A stretch of DNA of 63,846 bases, the filler included, from Reclinomonas americana ATCC 50394 (lineage: Eukaryota): the NCBI GenBank assembly GCA_048213135.1. It is 6 parts of 4 records of this genome, joined end to end, with 100 filler letters (N's around TTAATTAATTAA, not from the genome) between each part and the next. Parts side by side here need not be neighbours in the genome. Positions count along the whole stretch, not along the records: positions 1 to 16,255 come from PS015048.1; positions 16,356 to 27,704 come from PS015049.1; 4 more parts are not named here. One strand, 5' to 3'. Shown piece by piece: positions 11,201 to 24,522 of the stretch. A program made the position numbers and the translations under genes. Each line of letters opens with the position of its first letter. Position 1 is the stretch's first letter. Below the pieces are notes generated by a model that saw only the letters and a list, made by a program, of their open reading frames with translations, was not told the DNA's origin and did not search any database.

Positions 11201-14200
11201 ATGGTGGGAAACATGGAGCAAGTGACCGTTACAAGGGACGCAACACACACCCCAACACCGCCTCCTTCTGCTGCGGCACGCCAGCGGCTGGCATTGTCAG
11301 AGTTTGTGCGGCAAACGCCGATCGAAGACCCTCACGAGTGGGCCGCGACGGCTCATCGAGATTGGCAGGCTGAATGGACTCCATCTGGTTTCCCTTTCTC
11401 TCTCACACACAACAACAACAACAAGCAAAGGGGAAACGGTCACTTTCGTCCTTGTGTAAACAAAAACTCGAGTTGTCTCGACGTCGGAAAATCAATCAAT
11501 CATCCCGTCATCCCATCAAATAGGGCGCATTCCCGTCGCCACACACAATGACGAGCAGTGTGTGGTCGTGCGTGTGTCTCCACGATGATCCTCTGGCACA
11601 CCACACGTGAGCACAAGCGCAGCGCATTCACCATCTCGCTTCTCTGACACAATTTCAGCAGTGTGCATCGACTCTATGTGGAGTGGCTGGTGCAGCAGTG
11701 GTCTGCACGCGCACCACAGCGTGCGGCACTGCGCAAGGCCATGATGGATCGACATGCATCGCAAGGGGTGGGAGCGCACACAATGTGATGTGCATTTGTG
11801 TGTGTGTGCGTGTGAGATTGATTGACTCGATTGTTGCGATGCAGTTGCCGCCGAGTGGATCGCGACTCGCGCCGACGTGGTTTCTCGCAGAAGAGCGCTT
11901 GTGGCGCGGTGTTGATGCACTACTGGAGGACTTTAGTGGGGAGATGCCGCATGTGAACACTAAGGGGCGCTCGTGGAGACGACAATGGCGAAACGGTGCG
12001 CGAGTGGAATGGCTAGCGCGTCTCCGACTGCTGCTTCCCGTGCTGGAACGTGCGGAGATGGTGGCCTCATTGGTGCACGCGGTGGCTCCGAAAGACAGTG
12101 AGGAGCCATCGTCGGCGGCCTCGGCACTGCTGGTGCGGGCGCATTCGGCTGTGCGTGAGCACGTTCGGGAGCACTTGTCGACGGTGAACGTACGATCTGC
12201 GTTGCGAGATGCATTTGCGGCATTGTTGTTGTCTGTGGAGTCGCGAGAGGTGGTGACGGTGGATCGCAAAGAGCAAGGAGACAAGGGAGATCGACAATGG
12301 TTGTTGTGGGCTCGATGGTTTCAGTGGCGACGGCAGCGGCGGCGACGTCGACAGTGGTTGATGCACACGGAGGCGCGATGGTCGGCAATCGACGACATTC
12401 GTCGCCTTGAGCGTCTGGCGACCGCTCGACTAGACCCGTCGTCGTCGTGGTTGACTGTCGTGTTCTTTCGTTGTTGGGTGTGCCACGTGAGTCGCGTGGA
12501 GCAGCAGTACCCTCCGCTACCACCATTATCGCCTGCATCGCCCCTGTTGGAATCGACGGGTTCTCCCGTGGCCGACGCGCTGCGTTCCGGCGACTGGTCA
12601 TCATTTGGCAGCGGCGCAGTGTTGTGTGCGTGGCGAGGAGTACGTCGAGCAGTCGCCACGTATCCCGATCGCGCCCAGTGGATTACGCCGGCACTCGCAG
12701 CTGCGCTTCGTGCATCTGGTCGAAGCGAATCGCGTCCGTTTGTGCAGCATGTCGTGGCGTGGTACTTGCAACAAGCGCAGTTGGCACGGCGCAAGGAGCT
12801 GGCCGAAATCGGTGCGTGTCAACCGATGGCTGTGCTCCTTCTGCGCCGCTCACATTGTCTGTGTGTGCTCGTAGAGTTTGTGCGCCAGTTTCGCGCCCTC
12901 TTGCTGCAACTACGCGACGCTGTGCATCGTAGCCTCGAGGACTGGCGCTCGGTGGAAGAGGACCTCGGTGTGGACGGAGGCTCGGCAGGCGAAATCACCC
13001 ATTCCAACTTGCTGCGTGAGCAGGTGCGCGCCTTGGAGTGGTACTCGCACGCGCTGGAGCGGGAGTGCATAGAGCGAGAGCAGCTGGCACGCGACGCCCT
13101 GCGTGTGGTGGCCGAGTTGCCAGTTCGGCTGTGTACCACGTTGCGCAGCGCTGGATCGCCGACGACATGTTGGCGCTGTTGCTGACGTGAAGATTGATTG
13201 CACGCAGTGGTGAATGTCGCACAGCGCTTGAGTGTCTGCGCAAGCATGTCGACGAGCCCCTGACGCTCGCCGTGTGCCTGTGCTCGGATTACCTGCCAGA
13301 CTACCTGGCCGTTCTTGTGCCGGCCATGTTCCGTCGCCGCGGTGCTGCCTGGAGTTGCGTCCTGCTATAGGCGCACGCCTGACATGTGTTCACCATCCAA
13401 CCGTCCTCGCCACAGGTCAGCAGTTTGGTGGACACGACGAGATGAACGCAGGGTACACATGCATACACAGTCGTCCGTTTCTTGATTGTTTCGCTCATCT
13501 CGTTTGTGTGTGCGGTAGGTTTCCACTCAACCTTCCGCTGGCGGTGCATGACGCGGTGGCCACTGTCCTTCGCCACCGTGTGGCATCCTCAGGAGCCAAC
13601 TTGCTCCTGCTCGAGGAGTCGCTGATGAACACGAGGTACGCGCCGCAAGTGTGCGCGTCACTGTGAGGTGATTTCCATTTTTTCATCTGAGCTGCAGATT
13701 TGACGAGTGGCTCCGAGAGCTAGACAACGTCGGCACGGGCGCTCGAACAAACGTGGACACGCGGGAGGCTGTGACAGTGTTTCTGTTGCGTTCCACGCAG
13801 TTCGCGGTGCTCATGCACCTGTTTCTTCCCCCCAAAACACTGACTGTGTCGAGTCAGGTTTGAGTTTCTCTGCTCAGCTCTGCCACAACTTTGGCAGACG
13901 GATTTCCACTTTCTGGTGTCGATGCCGACCCACGAACTGCTCGTGGTCAATCGGGTCTTGTTGCGTCGGAGGCAACTGCCAGCTTTTGTCGCCTGCGTGT
14001 GGTGGCTGACAAAAGCATGCGTCGCAGGAGTCACATGGCGAGTGTGGACAACCTCGGTCGCCCACTGCATTCCCTGTGGCACATGTTTTCGGAGAAGAAG
14101 CTGCTGTCCGAGGTCCTTCTCGAGTTGCGTCACCAGCAGGTACTTTATGGTGGCCTCCAGCAACAGTGATTCTCACCGAGTGCATGTCGCAGAAACGAAC

Positions 14201-14565
14201 GCAAGTTGGCAGCCGCCGTGGTGCGCTCGTCGTCGAGCATGGCAGGCTCGCGATCGGCGGCCATCGTGAGCATCCCGCATGCATCGCTGCAGACGCTGTT
14301 GTGGTCGCCGTTGTTTGAGCGCATCCGCGGCGAACATCACGCTCGAACTGCGACGCTGGCTGGCGACAACTACTGGACGGTGAGTGTCAGCAGTGCGAGA
14401 GTGTGACTGTGATACGCACACACTGACGCACACAATCAATGTGTGCAGTATCGACACAAGGAGACCGACGAGGCCGCCACCTCCCTACCGACAACAGAAA
14501 AGGTGGTACTGTTGCCACCGGCGTGGAATGCGCGTGATTTCATTGACCGCACACTGAATATGTGA
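11201..14565 (+). CDS. Hypothetical large helical protein; 5' exon structure uncertain
   Basis: Long open exon at about 11844-12811 plus about ten frame-consistent downstream exons ending RDFIDRTLNM*. No family recognised. Confidence 0.6.
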
Positions 14566-16200
14566 CTGTGGAGTGCTGGTGTTCAAGACGCCACGCGACG
14601 AGGCGTGCTTCCTCTGCAATAAAACAGCGGAGCACAAGTCGCGGAAGTGGTTCCCAGTCGTCGTCGTCGTCGTCGGCATCGGCATCGACAGCTTGTGTGC
14701 ACAATTGTGTCAGGGCGTCGACAGCGCTCGCCGCAGCTGTCCACTCTCGGCGCGCACACCACGGCTCGTGCCAGACTGTTGATGCCCGACGTGAGCGTCT
14801 TGTTGATTAGACGCACATACACCACAAACATACCGGGCTCCCACACGTACAACCGGCGGTCACTGGAACACGTCAGCACGTAGCCGGTGCTGAGAAATTC
14901 CACCGACTGCACTGGGCGAGTGTGGCCGGCCAGCACCGCCACTCGCTTGCCACTTGCCAGATGCCACACGTGAGCCATGTTGTCTGCCGCACTCAAGCCA
15001 CTCAGCTTTTTTCAGGATACCAAGCGCAGCACAACGCACCCACACCACAGCTCGCCAGGTACAAGCCGTCGGTCGAGAACGCGACACCAAGAACCGGCAC
15101 TGTAACACGATCGACGGCACTCAGCGAGCGCACCACTTCCCGACCATCCACTGTCGACATCCACACCTGTCCCCACGTGTCACCAGTGGCCAGCCAGGCG
15201 CCGTCTGCAGACACCGCCTGCGACGCAAGAGCCCCCCTTCGCACAATCTCAGTGTCCACCGCTGCCTCTCCTGCCCTCCATCGACAATAAAGCACCTCGC
15301 AGTCGCCAGCAAAGACAATCAGTGGCGGTGCGCCTGGGCGGTCGAGCATGGCGACATGTACCACTGGTCGGATACTCCCCTCGTGCTCAGTGCGCACCAC
15401 AGCCACCGGTTCGCCGTCATCCGCCCGCGATATCACCACTGCACCGCCGTGAGATCCACTCAAGAGAAACACAGCATTCGGGGAGAAGCGCAACGCCGTC
15501 ACTCGCGTCAAATGACCGACGACGGCTTTCGTCCAGCAATGAGTTGGCAGCAGCACATGCTCACCGTCGCCTCCAACTCGCCTCCATTGCATGTCCCACA
15601 CACCGATGCGAGTGTCTCTGTCGCTGCTGATTGCCAGTGTCACCGTCGCCTGATCGGTCTCTAACTGACGCGGCTTTCGCACCATGCACACACGGCTTAC
15701 GTGCGTGCCAGCGGTGGCCAACTCGCTGAATGCACGCTCGATGCGACACGTACAGCACACCGTGGTCTCCGAGAATGCAATCACACGCACAGTGCAGTCG
15801 GCGCAGCTGGTGGCCACCAGGTGCTGGTCGGCGTGCAGCGAGACAGTCGACATGCAGCAAATGGGAGACGAGTGCTCCCCTTGCGCCAGATGGATTGGTG
15901 GTGGGCGCAGAGTCTGCATGTGAACGAAGCAAGTGCGGTGGGAGGGACAACACGACGTACACATTTCCATGGGGCGCTTCACTTCTCTGTCGGCGCAGGC
16001 GGCAGTGTGCATTGCACAGCGTGCCTCCCCACGCCACAGAAGGAATGAGACGCAAGAGAGAGAGAGAAAAGGGCGAGAGAGCGCGCCGATCAGTAACCTT
16101 CGTCATCGACGTCGAAGCCAGAAAGCGGACTGGTGAAGTACGCGTGTGCCAACACTTCAGTGGCAGTCGGGCGTAGTTTCGGGTCCACTTGGAGGCAGCG
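14540..16200 (-). CDS. 3' part of a protein kinase-WD40 repeat protein; 5' end lost at the scaffold end
   Basis: Kinase C-lobe end RCLQVDPKLRPTATEVLAHAYF, followed by WD40 repeats GHLTRVTALRFSPN, LASCGVDNMAHVW, GHTRPVQSVEF..LTCSSDRRLYVWE. The exon junctions between kinase and WD40 are uncertain. Confidence 0.7.
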
Positions 16201-16299
16201 CTGCGGAGATTACACGAAGCAAGTGTCAACAATTCTGCACCGTTTGGGAAAGGGANNNNNNNNNNNNNNNNNNNNNNNNNNNNNNNNNNNNNNNNNNNN

Positions 16300-16311
16300 T
16301 TAATTAATTAA
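16300..16311. other. Artificial scaffold-joining spacer TTAATTAATTAA, also at 27749-27760, 43592-43603, 51277-51288 and 62381-62392
   Basis: Identical 12-mer with stops in all six frames, flanked by about 44 N on each side, at five places. Confidence 0.95.
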
Positions 16312-16355
16312 NNNNNNNNNNNNNNNNNNNNNNNNNNNNNNNNNNNNNNNNNNNN

Positions 16356-18532
16356 TCCTCAGCAGTGCGGCATCATCACGAACGCAACTTATGTAGGTGG
16401 CCCATGCCTCAGCTGCACTGCGGTCCTTGTACACGCCAACCACCACAAATGCGTCTGCGTTGGGGTAGTCGGGAACGCGCACGCACAGCTCGTAGCGAGT
16501 CTGGAATTCGATGCGCTGTGGTGGCGACGCCGACGGTTCGCGCAACTGATTCCAGTTTTCCATGGTGGGCGGACGTGGTGGCGAGCTTTCCAAGTCGGAA
16601 GTCTCCGTCGTGGACTGTTTTGTGTATGCGTAGTGAGTGTGTGCGCAGTGAGTGTACTCTAATCGGTGCAGTGTGGATGCTGCTGGTCTACATCAACACC
16701 GAACGCAACTGCTGTCTCGTCGCCCACAGATTCGGGGCTGCCGCCTGCAGCAATCGGACTGATCTGACTGTGTGGTGGTGAGAAGAGCGCCCGTCGCAAA
16801 AAGTCGCTGTAACCGGCCGTGTCGCTGCCTGGGTGGCTCGAGTCGGATCGCCCCGGGACTTGCATCGGTGCCGCCAACACCATGGTCGACGACGTGGGCG
16901 ACAAGTACGTGCTGCCGCAACTCGGCGAGATGAGGCCAAGAGGGCCAGTTTGAATCGTCTTTTGCATACTCAGTGGTGACATTTGAGCAGCGGCCGACAG
17001 GTTGGCCGGCGACAGGAGCGAGCGAGCATTGGCAATGCGACACTCGTCCTCCAGCCGTGCGCGCTCCTCGTCCCACAATCGCATGTTGCGCTACAGATGG
17101 GGCTGCAGTCAGCACACATCGGTAGTAGGGTGGGTGCATGCGTAAAAAATAAGGCCGCCGACGCAACTCGTTCTCGCTTGCGCTTGTACAGCAGCGGCAA
17201 GCACGACAACCCAAATGTGCACACAAAGAACACGATGGCGGCCAGTCGGTACCACCACTCCGACTTGATCACTGGCATCTTCTTCATGTGTGCTCGGAGA
17301 GCCTCCTCCTGCCGACGAAAGTGAACATNNNNNNNNNNNNNNNNNNNNNNNNNNNNNNNNNNNNNNNNNNNNNNNNNNNNNNNNNNNNNNNNNNNNNNNN
17401 NNNNNNNNNNNNNNNNNNNNNNNNNNNNNNNNNNNNNNNNNNNNNNNNNNNNNNNNNNNNNNNNNNNNNNNNNNNNNNNNNNNNNNNNNNNNNNNNNNNN
17501 NNNNNNNNNNNNNNNNNNNNNNNNNNNNNNNNNNNNNNNNNNNNNNNNNNNNNNNNNNNNNNNNNNNNNNNNNNNNNNNNNNNNNNNNNNNNNNNNNNNN
17601 NNNNNNNNNNNNNNNNNNNNNNNNNNNNNNNNNNNNNNNNNNNNNNNNNNNNNNNNNNNNNNNNNNNNNNNNNNNNNNNNNNNNNNNNNNNNNNNNNNNN
17701 NNNNNNNNNNNNNNNNNNNNNNNNNNNNNNNNNNNNNNNNNNNNNNNNNNNNNNNNNNNNNNNNNNNNNNNNNNNNNNNNNNNNNNNNNNNNNNNNNNNN
17801 NNNNNNNNNNNNNNNNNNNNNNNNNNNNNNNNNNNNNNNNNNNNNNNNNNNNNNNNNNNNNNNNNNNNNNNNNNNNNNNNNNNNNNNNNNNNNNNNNNNN
17901 NNNNNNNNNNNNNNNNNNNNNNNNNNNNNNNNNNNNNNNNNNNNNNNNNNNNNNNNNNNNNNNNNNNNNNNNNNNNNNNNNNNNNNNNNNNNNNNNNNNN
18001 NNNNNNNNNNNNNNNNNNNNNNNNNNNNNNNNNNNNNNNNNNNNNNNNNNNNNNNNNNNNNNNNNNNNNNNNNNNNNNNNNNNNNNNNNNNNNNNNNNNN
18101 NNNNNNNNNNNNNNNNNNNNNNNNNNNNNNNNNNNNNNNNNNNNNNGGATCACACAATCGGAAAACGCACGGTTGTGGCGCGAACGCAACTTGTGGTGTC
18201 AGAAATTTCAATGGCGGAGGTGATGCCTTGTCTCGCAGACTCGACGATTCGTCGGTGGCCGACCCCCGCCGCTCATCCTCCTCATCGTCATCGTCATCAT
18301 CATCAAAGCCCTCACCCTCGTTGACGTCGTCTGCTGTGCGCAGAGTCGCTCCACGCTCTTCGTCGCCGGACTCCTCACTCTCGGTGGATGGCGGCAAGAT
18401 GCGTTCACCAGGTGATCGCAGTCTCCCCCGGCGCTGCTGAAACAGCTGGTGATGCTGTGCAGCAGGTGCCTTGTAGGCCGAGCTGCTCGGCAATCGCACA
18501 CTCGCGCGCGCAATCACCTCCGGCTGGCTCAT
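16356..18532 (-). CDS. Hypothetical membrane protein spanning an N gap; 3' end truncated
   Basis: ATG at 18532, acidic low-complexity N-terminus, one TM-like segment WWYRLAAIVFFVCTFGLSCLPLLY. Frame-consistent introns with donors at 17167 and 16709. Confidence 0.55.
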
Positions 18533-18796
18533 CAGCGAGCAGGGGAGGAGGTGGCTGGAGACAGTGCAGAGTCTGCAGCACCCGGGAGCAAGAGACTGCA
18601 CGCGTGATCAACACGCGCCCTCCACACACACACTCACTCACTCACGCAAGCACGCGTGCCACTTCCGCTCCCGCGACAAGTCACACTTGGTCTTTTTCAA
18701 TCAAAATGCGAGAGAAAACATGATTTGCGCGCGCAGATTTCGCGCCAACACGATCATCGGAAATAACACCAAACAGGTTTCACAATAACAGGCGTC

Positions 18797-21700
18797 TCAC
18801 CGACGCTGCGGCTTGGCGGCGTTGCTACCCTTGGCGGCACGGCCACCACTACCGGGAAGTGACCGCGAACGGTCATCCAACAGCACCGACTCGAAAGAAG
18901 ACGACATAAATCCGGAGGCGCCTCCGCCACCCGCAGTCGGAAACGCTGGTGGATGCACACTCGCCGGTGGTGACTGCATGTACGGAATCACGGACGAGTG
19001 TCAGACAGAGAGACAGAGGGCGTGCACAGCAGAGAAGTGACAATCGCACCATCAGTGAATGCGCGTGATTGGATCCCGAGTCTGTGCGCGAGAACACCAC
19101 CCTCTGCGCCTGCAGATTGGCGGTCTTGTTCTTCTTCACCGTTGGCTGGCCCAGCGCGCTGAACGCTTCCTCGGGCAAATCCAGGAATGACGGTGTCGTC
19201 CGCGGAAAACGAAGCTGCCACACGTTATCGATGAGCATCTTCAGCAACAGAAAAACCAACGACGACGACGACGACGACGACGACGCAACAGCACTGTTGG
19301 AGTCCTCTCCACTGCCGCCAGACGACAAAGGCGTCGACGGCATGGACAGAGACAATGAAGACGCCACAGCATGGAAACCGGAGAAACCAGTTGTCGACGA
19401 CTGCCGCGTATGCGAGTGCCGGTCAGCATTGAACGTGCAACGCAACGCAAAACACGCACACGCACCGTCGAATTCTTGCGCGAGACCGGCTTTTGAATGA
19501 GGTCGCGAACCTGACGCGAGTCTGCATCATCATCATCCAGCGTGCTGACATGCGACCTGGACATGACTTGAGCGTGCCGTTTGCGATTCTGTGTCGACGA
19601 CAAGCACCCAGTTACACACCGCAGAGGGCAGCACGACACTTTACGCACACACGCACACGCACCATTTCTCGCATCCGACGTCGCTTCTGCGCTTGCTGTT
19701 TGTTGCGCTCGGCCTCTTCGTCACTGTCGGCACTGTGTGGATTCGACAATTCTTGCGATTGCGACAGGGGAGTGTGCAGACTCGAACTGTCGTGCGACAA
19801 GCTCGCGGGCAAGCTGTTGCCTTCGGCTCCGAACGGGTTGCTCGAGGACATGTTGCTGTGCGCATGGAAAATCGGTCAGCAACCGCACGTAGCCGCACCA
19901 CCTCACAACGGAGAAACGCACCGACGCTTGAGGGGCGGAGCATCCAGGGACAAGGGCGTCGTTGGTTCCACATGGTCCATGGCAGTGGAGCACATGGTGC
20001 GCGCACTGTGTATTCCATGTCAATACCAGCAAGCAACAGAGACTCATATTAGTATCACACGCAGTGCGTACCGTTTCCTGTTGGTGCTTCGTTTCAATGC
20101 GAGACTCTGGCCGCCCTGCGCCAGCGCACTCAGCGAGGCACTCGAGCTGGCAGGCACCAACAGACGTGGCGGCGCCGTCGCCGAGGAGCGCGACTTGGTT
20201 GATGCCGATGACGATTTCGAGCTGTGTGATCGTGGTGCCACACCAAACATTTCGGCCAACTCGGCAATCTGCAGTGCAGTGAGTGCGTTGAAAAAACCAG
20301 GTCGCGGGGCAACCATAGTCACTCGCTCGCACCTCTGCATCGTCGTCCTCATCCAGCTGACGGTAGTGTGCACGGACAGCTTCCGCCTGCTCCACATCGT
20401 CTTCCTCCTCGTCCTCCTTCTCGTCAGCAGCCAGCGCGTCGTCCACGTGGTCGTCGACCTCATCCTCATCGTCCTCATCATGCTCGTCGGCGTCGTCGTC
20501 GTCGTCGTCGTCGACGCCAGACAGACGAGGTCGACGGTCGGCCCCCGGCTCCATGTCTTCGTCCTCCTCCACATCGCACTCGGCTGAGACGAAATCGGAG
20601 CGTGGAAGCACCCGGCTGCTGACAGCTTCCCGAACCGGTGACTGGTGCAGCGGCGAAGGCGGCGGCGACCGATGCAGTGGTGATGGAGGCGGCGTCGGCG
20701 ACCTCTCATCGTCCGCCATGTCTGCCGAAGGTGTCGTCGCGGATGCCGGCGATGGCAGTGAGGCGGCTGGCGACACTGCTGGCGCAGCATCACTTGCCGA
20801 CGTCTCCGGTTTCTTGTCTTTGCGCTGTGGCAACCAGGGGAATTTTCTGGTCGTCTTCTTCTGCGGCCTGGTCGACACACAATTGGAAACGTGTGAGATG
20901 GTGGTGTGTGGAGGGATCGACAGTGAGTGTCGGAGCACTCAACTTTTCAAAGATAGAGTAGATTGTCGGTTTGGCGGTGTTGGTCGCTGGCGAAGCTCTG
21001 CAAACAACACATCACCGCGTGAGGCGATTCATCTTGCGCGCGAAGAGTGAATGCACTACGCAACACAAATGGCGGTGGTGGGGGTGGGGGTGGCGGAGGC
21101 GCAGGCGATTCCATTTCCTTTTCCTTGGGAGTTGAAAATGGAGGAGGTCTGCAATGCACGGGTGAGAAAGCAGCTACGCCATTCGCCGTGCTCAAGAAGC
21201 GCTCACCGTCGACTGTCGAACAATGCAGGAGACTCGACCCTGCGGACGGAACGAGGTTACCGAGTGAGCATGCGGCCGACGAGGCGCGGCGAGGAGTAAT
21301 ACGCAACTCGGTGGGATACTGCGACTCCGTCAGCAAAGACTCGGGCAACAGAAACGTACGAACGCTGTTGTCCTCGTCACCACTCTCCTGCGAGTCCTCC
21401 TCCTCTTTCTCCTCCTTCTCCACCTCTGCATGCTCGACCGGCGGTACAGGATCGTTGTCTGCAGCAGCAGCATCGTCTACAGCTGGCGGCACAGACAGTG
21501 GTGTGTCGTCAGCAGCATCGTCTACAGCTGGTGGCACAGGCAGTGGTGTGTCGTCGGCATCTTGCGACGGCAGTGGCGGCAATGCCGATTCGTCCACCGG
21601 ATCCATAGCAGCGGGCACAGCATCGGTGCTGTCATCATCCACTGCCTTTCGTGGTCGAAGTCCCAGATCCCCCAACAAGTCGTCATCGTCCTCCTCCTCT

Positions 21701-24522
21701 TCCTCCTCCTCCACCTCCTCTTCTTCCATTTCATCTCCATCGCCATCCTCCTCCTCATCGTCGTCACCCCCATCTACCTCTTCCTCGTCATTGTACTGGG
21801 TACGACGAGCGCGCGATCGCCTGCCGGTCTCCTCTTCGTCCTCCTCATCGTCCTCTTCTTCTCTTCCTCTCCTCCTCCGTCTGCGACTCGTCTCCTCGTC
21901 GTCGTCGTACTCGTCGTCGCCGTCGTCATCGTCAATGTCCTCGGGCACTTCGCGCTTCAGTCTCAGCATGGGAGCGTCGGCGGCGGAGCGCGGCACCAGC
22001 TTGGACATCAACGACGACTTTGCATCGACCAGTCGAGCCTCTTCGTCGTCGTCAAACTCCAGTTCCACCATGCCATCGTCCACTTCGCGCTCCGGCTTCA
22101 CCACAACCTTTGGCAGATCGTCGGGCACCAGGCGCCGTTTGGACAACGACGTCAATCGCTGCTGCAACATGTCGCGGAACGACGAGAGTCCGGCGTTGAA
22201 GCTGGTACGCGGCTGCGTCGACGCGGGTGCCGGCAGTGTGCGACGAGCCTCGCGCACCAGCCGATCGTTCTCCACCAGATCGGCCAACGACAACCCCGAC
22301 GGCTTGCTCCGTTTGCGCTTGCTCTGCGCAGGCACACTGTCAGACAACACCCTACAAAAAATATACACGGGTTTCCTCAAAAATCACGCACCGGTGCTTC
22401 GCCGCCTTCCTCGTCATCACCACCACCGTCCTCGTCGTCTTCGTCATCGACATCGTCCACCATGCGACGCTGTTTCTTGGAGATGCGCTTTCCACCTCGC
22501 CGACCGCCACCATCGTCGTCATCGTCGACCATGAACCCACCGTCGCCGTCACCCACCGGCAGCGCCTCCAGCTCATCCAGGAACGAATCGCGCTGCTTTA
22601 CGCGCTTCTCGCGACGCGCCGCCAGACCACGCGACATGGCGTTCTCTTCGTCGGAGTCGTCGCTCGTGGTGGTCTCATCGTCATCCGACTCGCTATCGCG
22701 GCGTCGACGGCGTGGACGCGTCTCTTGCCCCGGCAACACCAACCGGCGTCGCCCGCCCTGGACCTTGACGGTGCGAATAATGGGGCGTCCGTTCTCGTCA
22801 AACTCAGCACGCGGACCACGCGACATTTTCTCTCCCGGCGGCGGCAGCTTGCAAGCCTGCAGCAGGCGACGCGCTCGATCCTGCTGCTTCTCGGTCAGTG
22901 GCACGGCAGCATTGCCAACCTTGCCAGAACCAAGTGCGCGTCGAATCGCCTGCGAGAAAAGAAAATGGGCATGCGAGCGACGGCACTTTGGGATCTTTCT
23001 ACTTGATGACAACAGAACCTTCACGTAGTTGAGATTGAGTCGACCAAAATGGTCGCGGAACGGGAGCTTCCACGTCTGGCGCCGATGTCGCTCGCTCACC
23101 ACCAGGTAATCGTAGGGCTTGAGAAACTTGCGCCGCACCGACGAGGTGGGTTCGTCGCTCACGTCGATTCCTGCAGACGCAAGTGAGTCGAGAGAGCATG
23201 GGAAGGGACTCACAAAAAAACAGACCTTCCAGATCGCCAAGTGTGGACGCCGAGTCAATGCTCTCCGCATCTTCGTCATCGCTGTTGCCGCCTTCCTTTC
23301 CATCAGCAGCGGCACCGCTCTCTGTGCTGGCAGGCGTGGCCTTCTTGTTCTTCCACACTCGGCGCGGAGGTGGTGGCGACTTGGGTCGCGGTTGCCGTTT
23401 CTTCTTTGGCGCACTCTGCGACGTCACTGCAGGACCACGTGCGCTCGCTGCATGTTCTCGCGTGTGAGCGCAGCAGAGTCATGTGTGGAGAGAGAGAGAA
23501 GGTGGAAGCAAAGACCTTTGCTGACGACATTGCTCTTCTCCTTCTTGCCGTCGCCCTCCTCCTCCTCCTCTTCTTCTTCTTCATCGTTTCCTGCGTGACA
23601 ACACCCAGTGCATGAGCGCACGCGCGCAGACTGCGACAAACACAAGTGAAACACACACCAGAGTCGCTTTTGCCGTCGGTGGTTCGCTCGGCATCGCTGT
23701 CTGCGGGCGGTTGCGACGATACATGCTCCTTCTCGTCGTCGCCGGCATCCTCGTCCACACACATCTCACCGTCGTCGTCGTCGCTCGACGCTGGTGACAC
23801 GCAAATAAACAAAGAAGCAAGGGGTAAAAAAGGAATGCATCAGTGGCCACGCACCACTCTCTTTTGCCTTCTTCGGCGGCTGCGCCTTTGTCCTCTTCTT
23901 CTTCTCCTTGCTCTTCTTCGACGCACGAGGCTTGCGCTGCTTGACACTGGCGCCATCATCCTCCTGTTCATCTGCGACCTCTGCTACGTCGTGAGCGATG
24001 AGCTGAGCTGACTACACGCATCGCGCCAAACAACACACCATCGTCCTCTGGCGACGCATCGTCGTCCACTGCACCACGAATGAGTGACAGAACAACGACA
24101 TTATCAACAAAAAACACGTACCTTGCATGTTTTCATGATGCTCCGTCTCCTCTGTCCGCATCTCCTCCTCCTCCTCCTCTTCTACCTCCTCTTCATCTTG
24201 CTGCTGCTCGGAGACTGCGAGGAGAACCCTGTGAATACAGACAAGAGACAGAGAGACAGAGAGACACGACGCAACTCTCGCTGAGCATCGCAGTCACCAC
24301 ACCGCGGAACTCATCAAAGCACTCGCGACCATCGAAGCCACATCGTTCTTTGAGTTTCTTGGCCAGCTGTGTGCGTGTGTGAGAGAGAGAGACGCAAACA
24401 GTTACACTTTTACATACACAATGTGTGCGTGTTTGTGTGTGGCGCACCTTCTTCAACCCGCATGAAGTCAAGTCGACCTCCTCCAAGAGAGCACGCAGGC
24501 TCTCTCTCGCGCGCTCGTCCAT
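18797..24522 (-). CDS. Claspin/Mrc1-like replication checkpoint mediator with an N-terminal DEK-C-like domain; about 17 introns
   Basis: DEK-C-like N-terminus LRALLEEVDLTSCGLKKLAKKLKERCGFD. ENDRLVREARRTLP resembles the Claspin QRLxRE motif. MRC1-like acidic domain DFVSAECDVEEDED..AVRAHYRQLDEDDDAEIAEL. C-terminal PSFL..RVVFS. Assignment is by remembered motif resemblance. Confidence 0.6.
21469..21556 (-). repeat. Coding 45-bp tandem duplication, about 2 copies (DDTPL[PS]VPPAVDDAA)
   Basis: gcatcgtctacagctgg(c/t)ggcacag(a/g)cagtggtgtgtcgtc occurs twice in tandem. Confidence 0.85.

Noticed and set aside
16300-16311. TTAATTAATTAA as a transposon end, target site or regulatory palindrome
   Set aside because: It occurs identically five times, always centred in N runs, with stops in all frames. 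It is an artificial contig linker, so adjacency across it is not biological evidence.
21047-23028. Long plus-strand ORFs (495 and 532 aa) as genes
   Set aside because: They are Ser- or Val-rich antisense shadows of the acidic Claspin-like exons; high GC makes such stop-free frames common.
24224-24275. Non-canonical TT-AG introns (AG|TTGCGT) as the explanation of the GTTGCGT motif
   Set aside because: Reading frames at conserved motifs (HRDL, YRAPE, HEY, dsRBD) require cleavage before the G. The one case that seemed to fit TT is solved by a GT donor with the downstream CTCGCAG acceptor.
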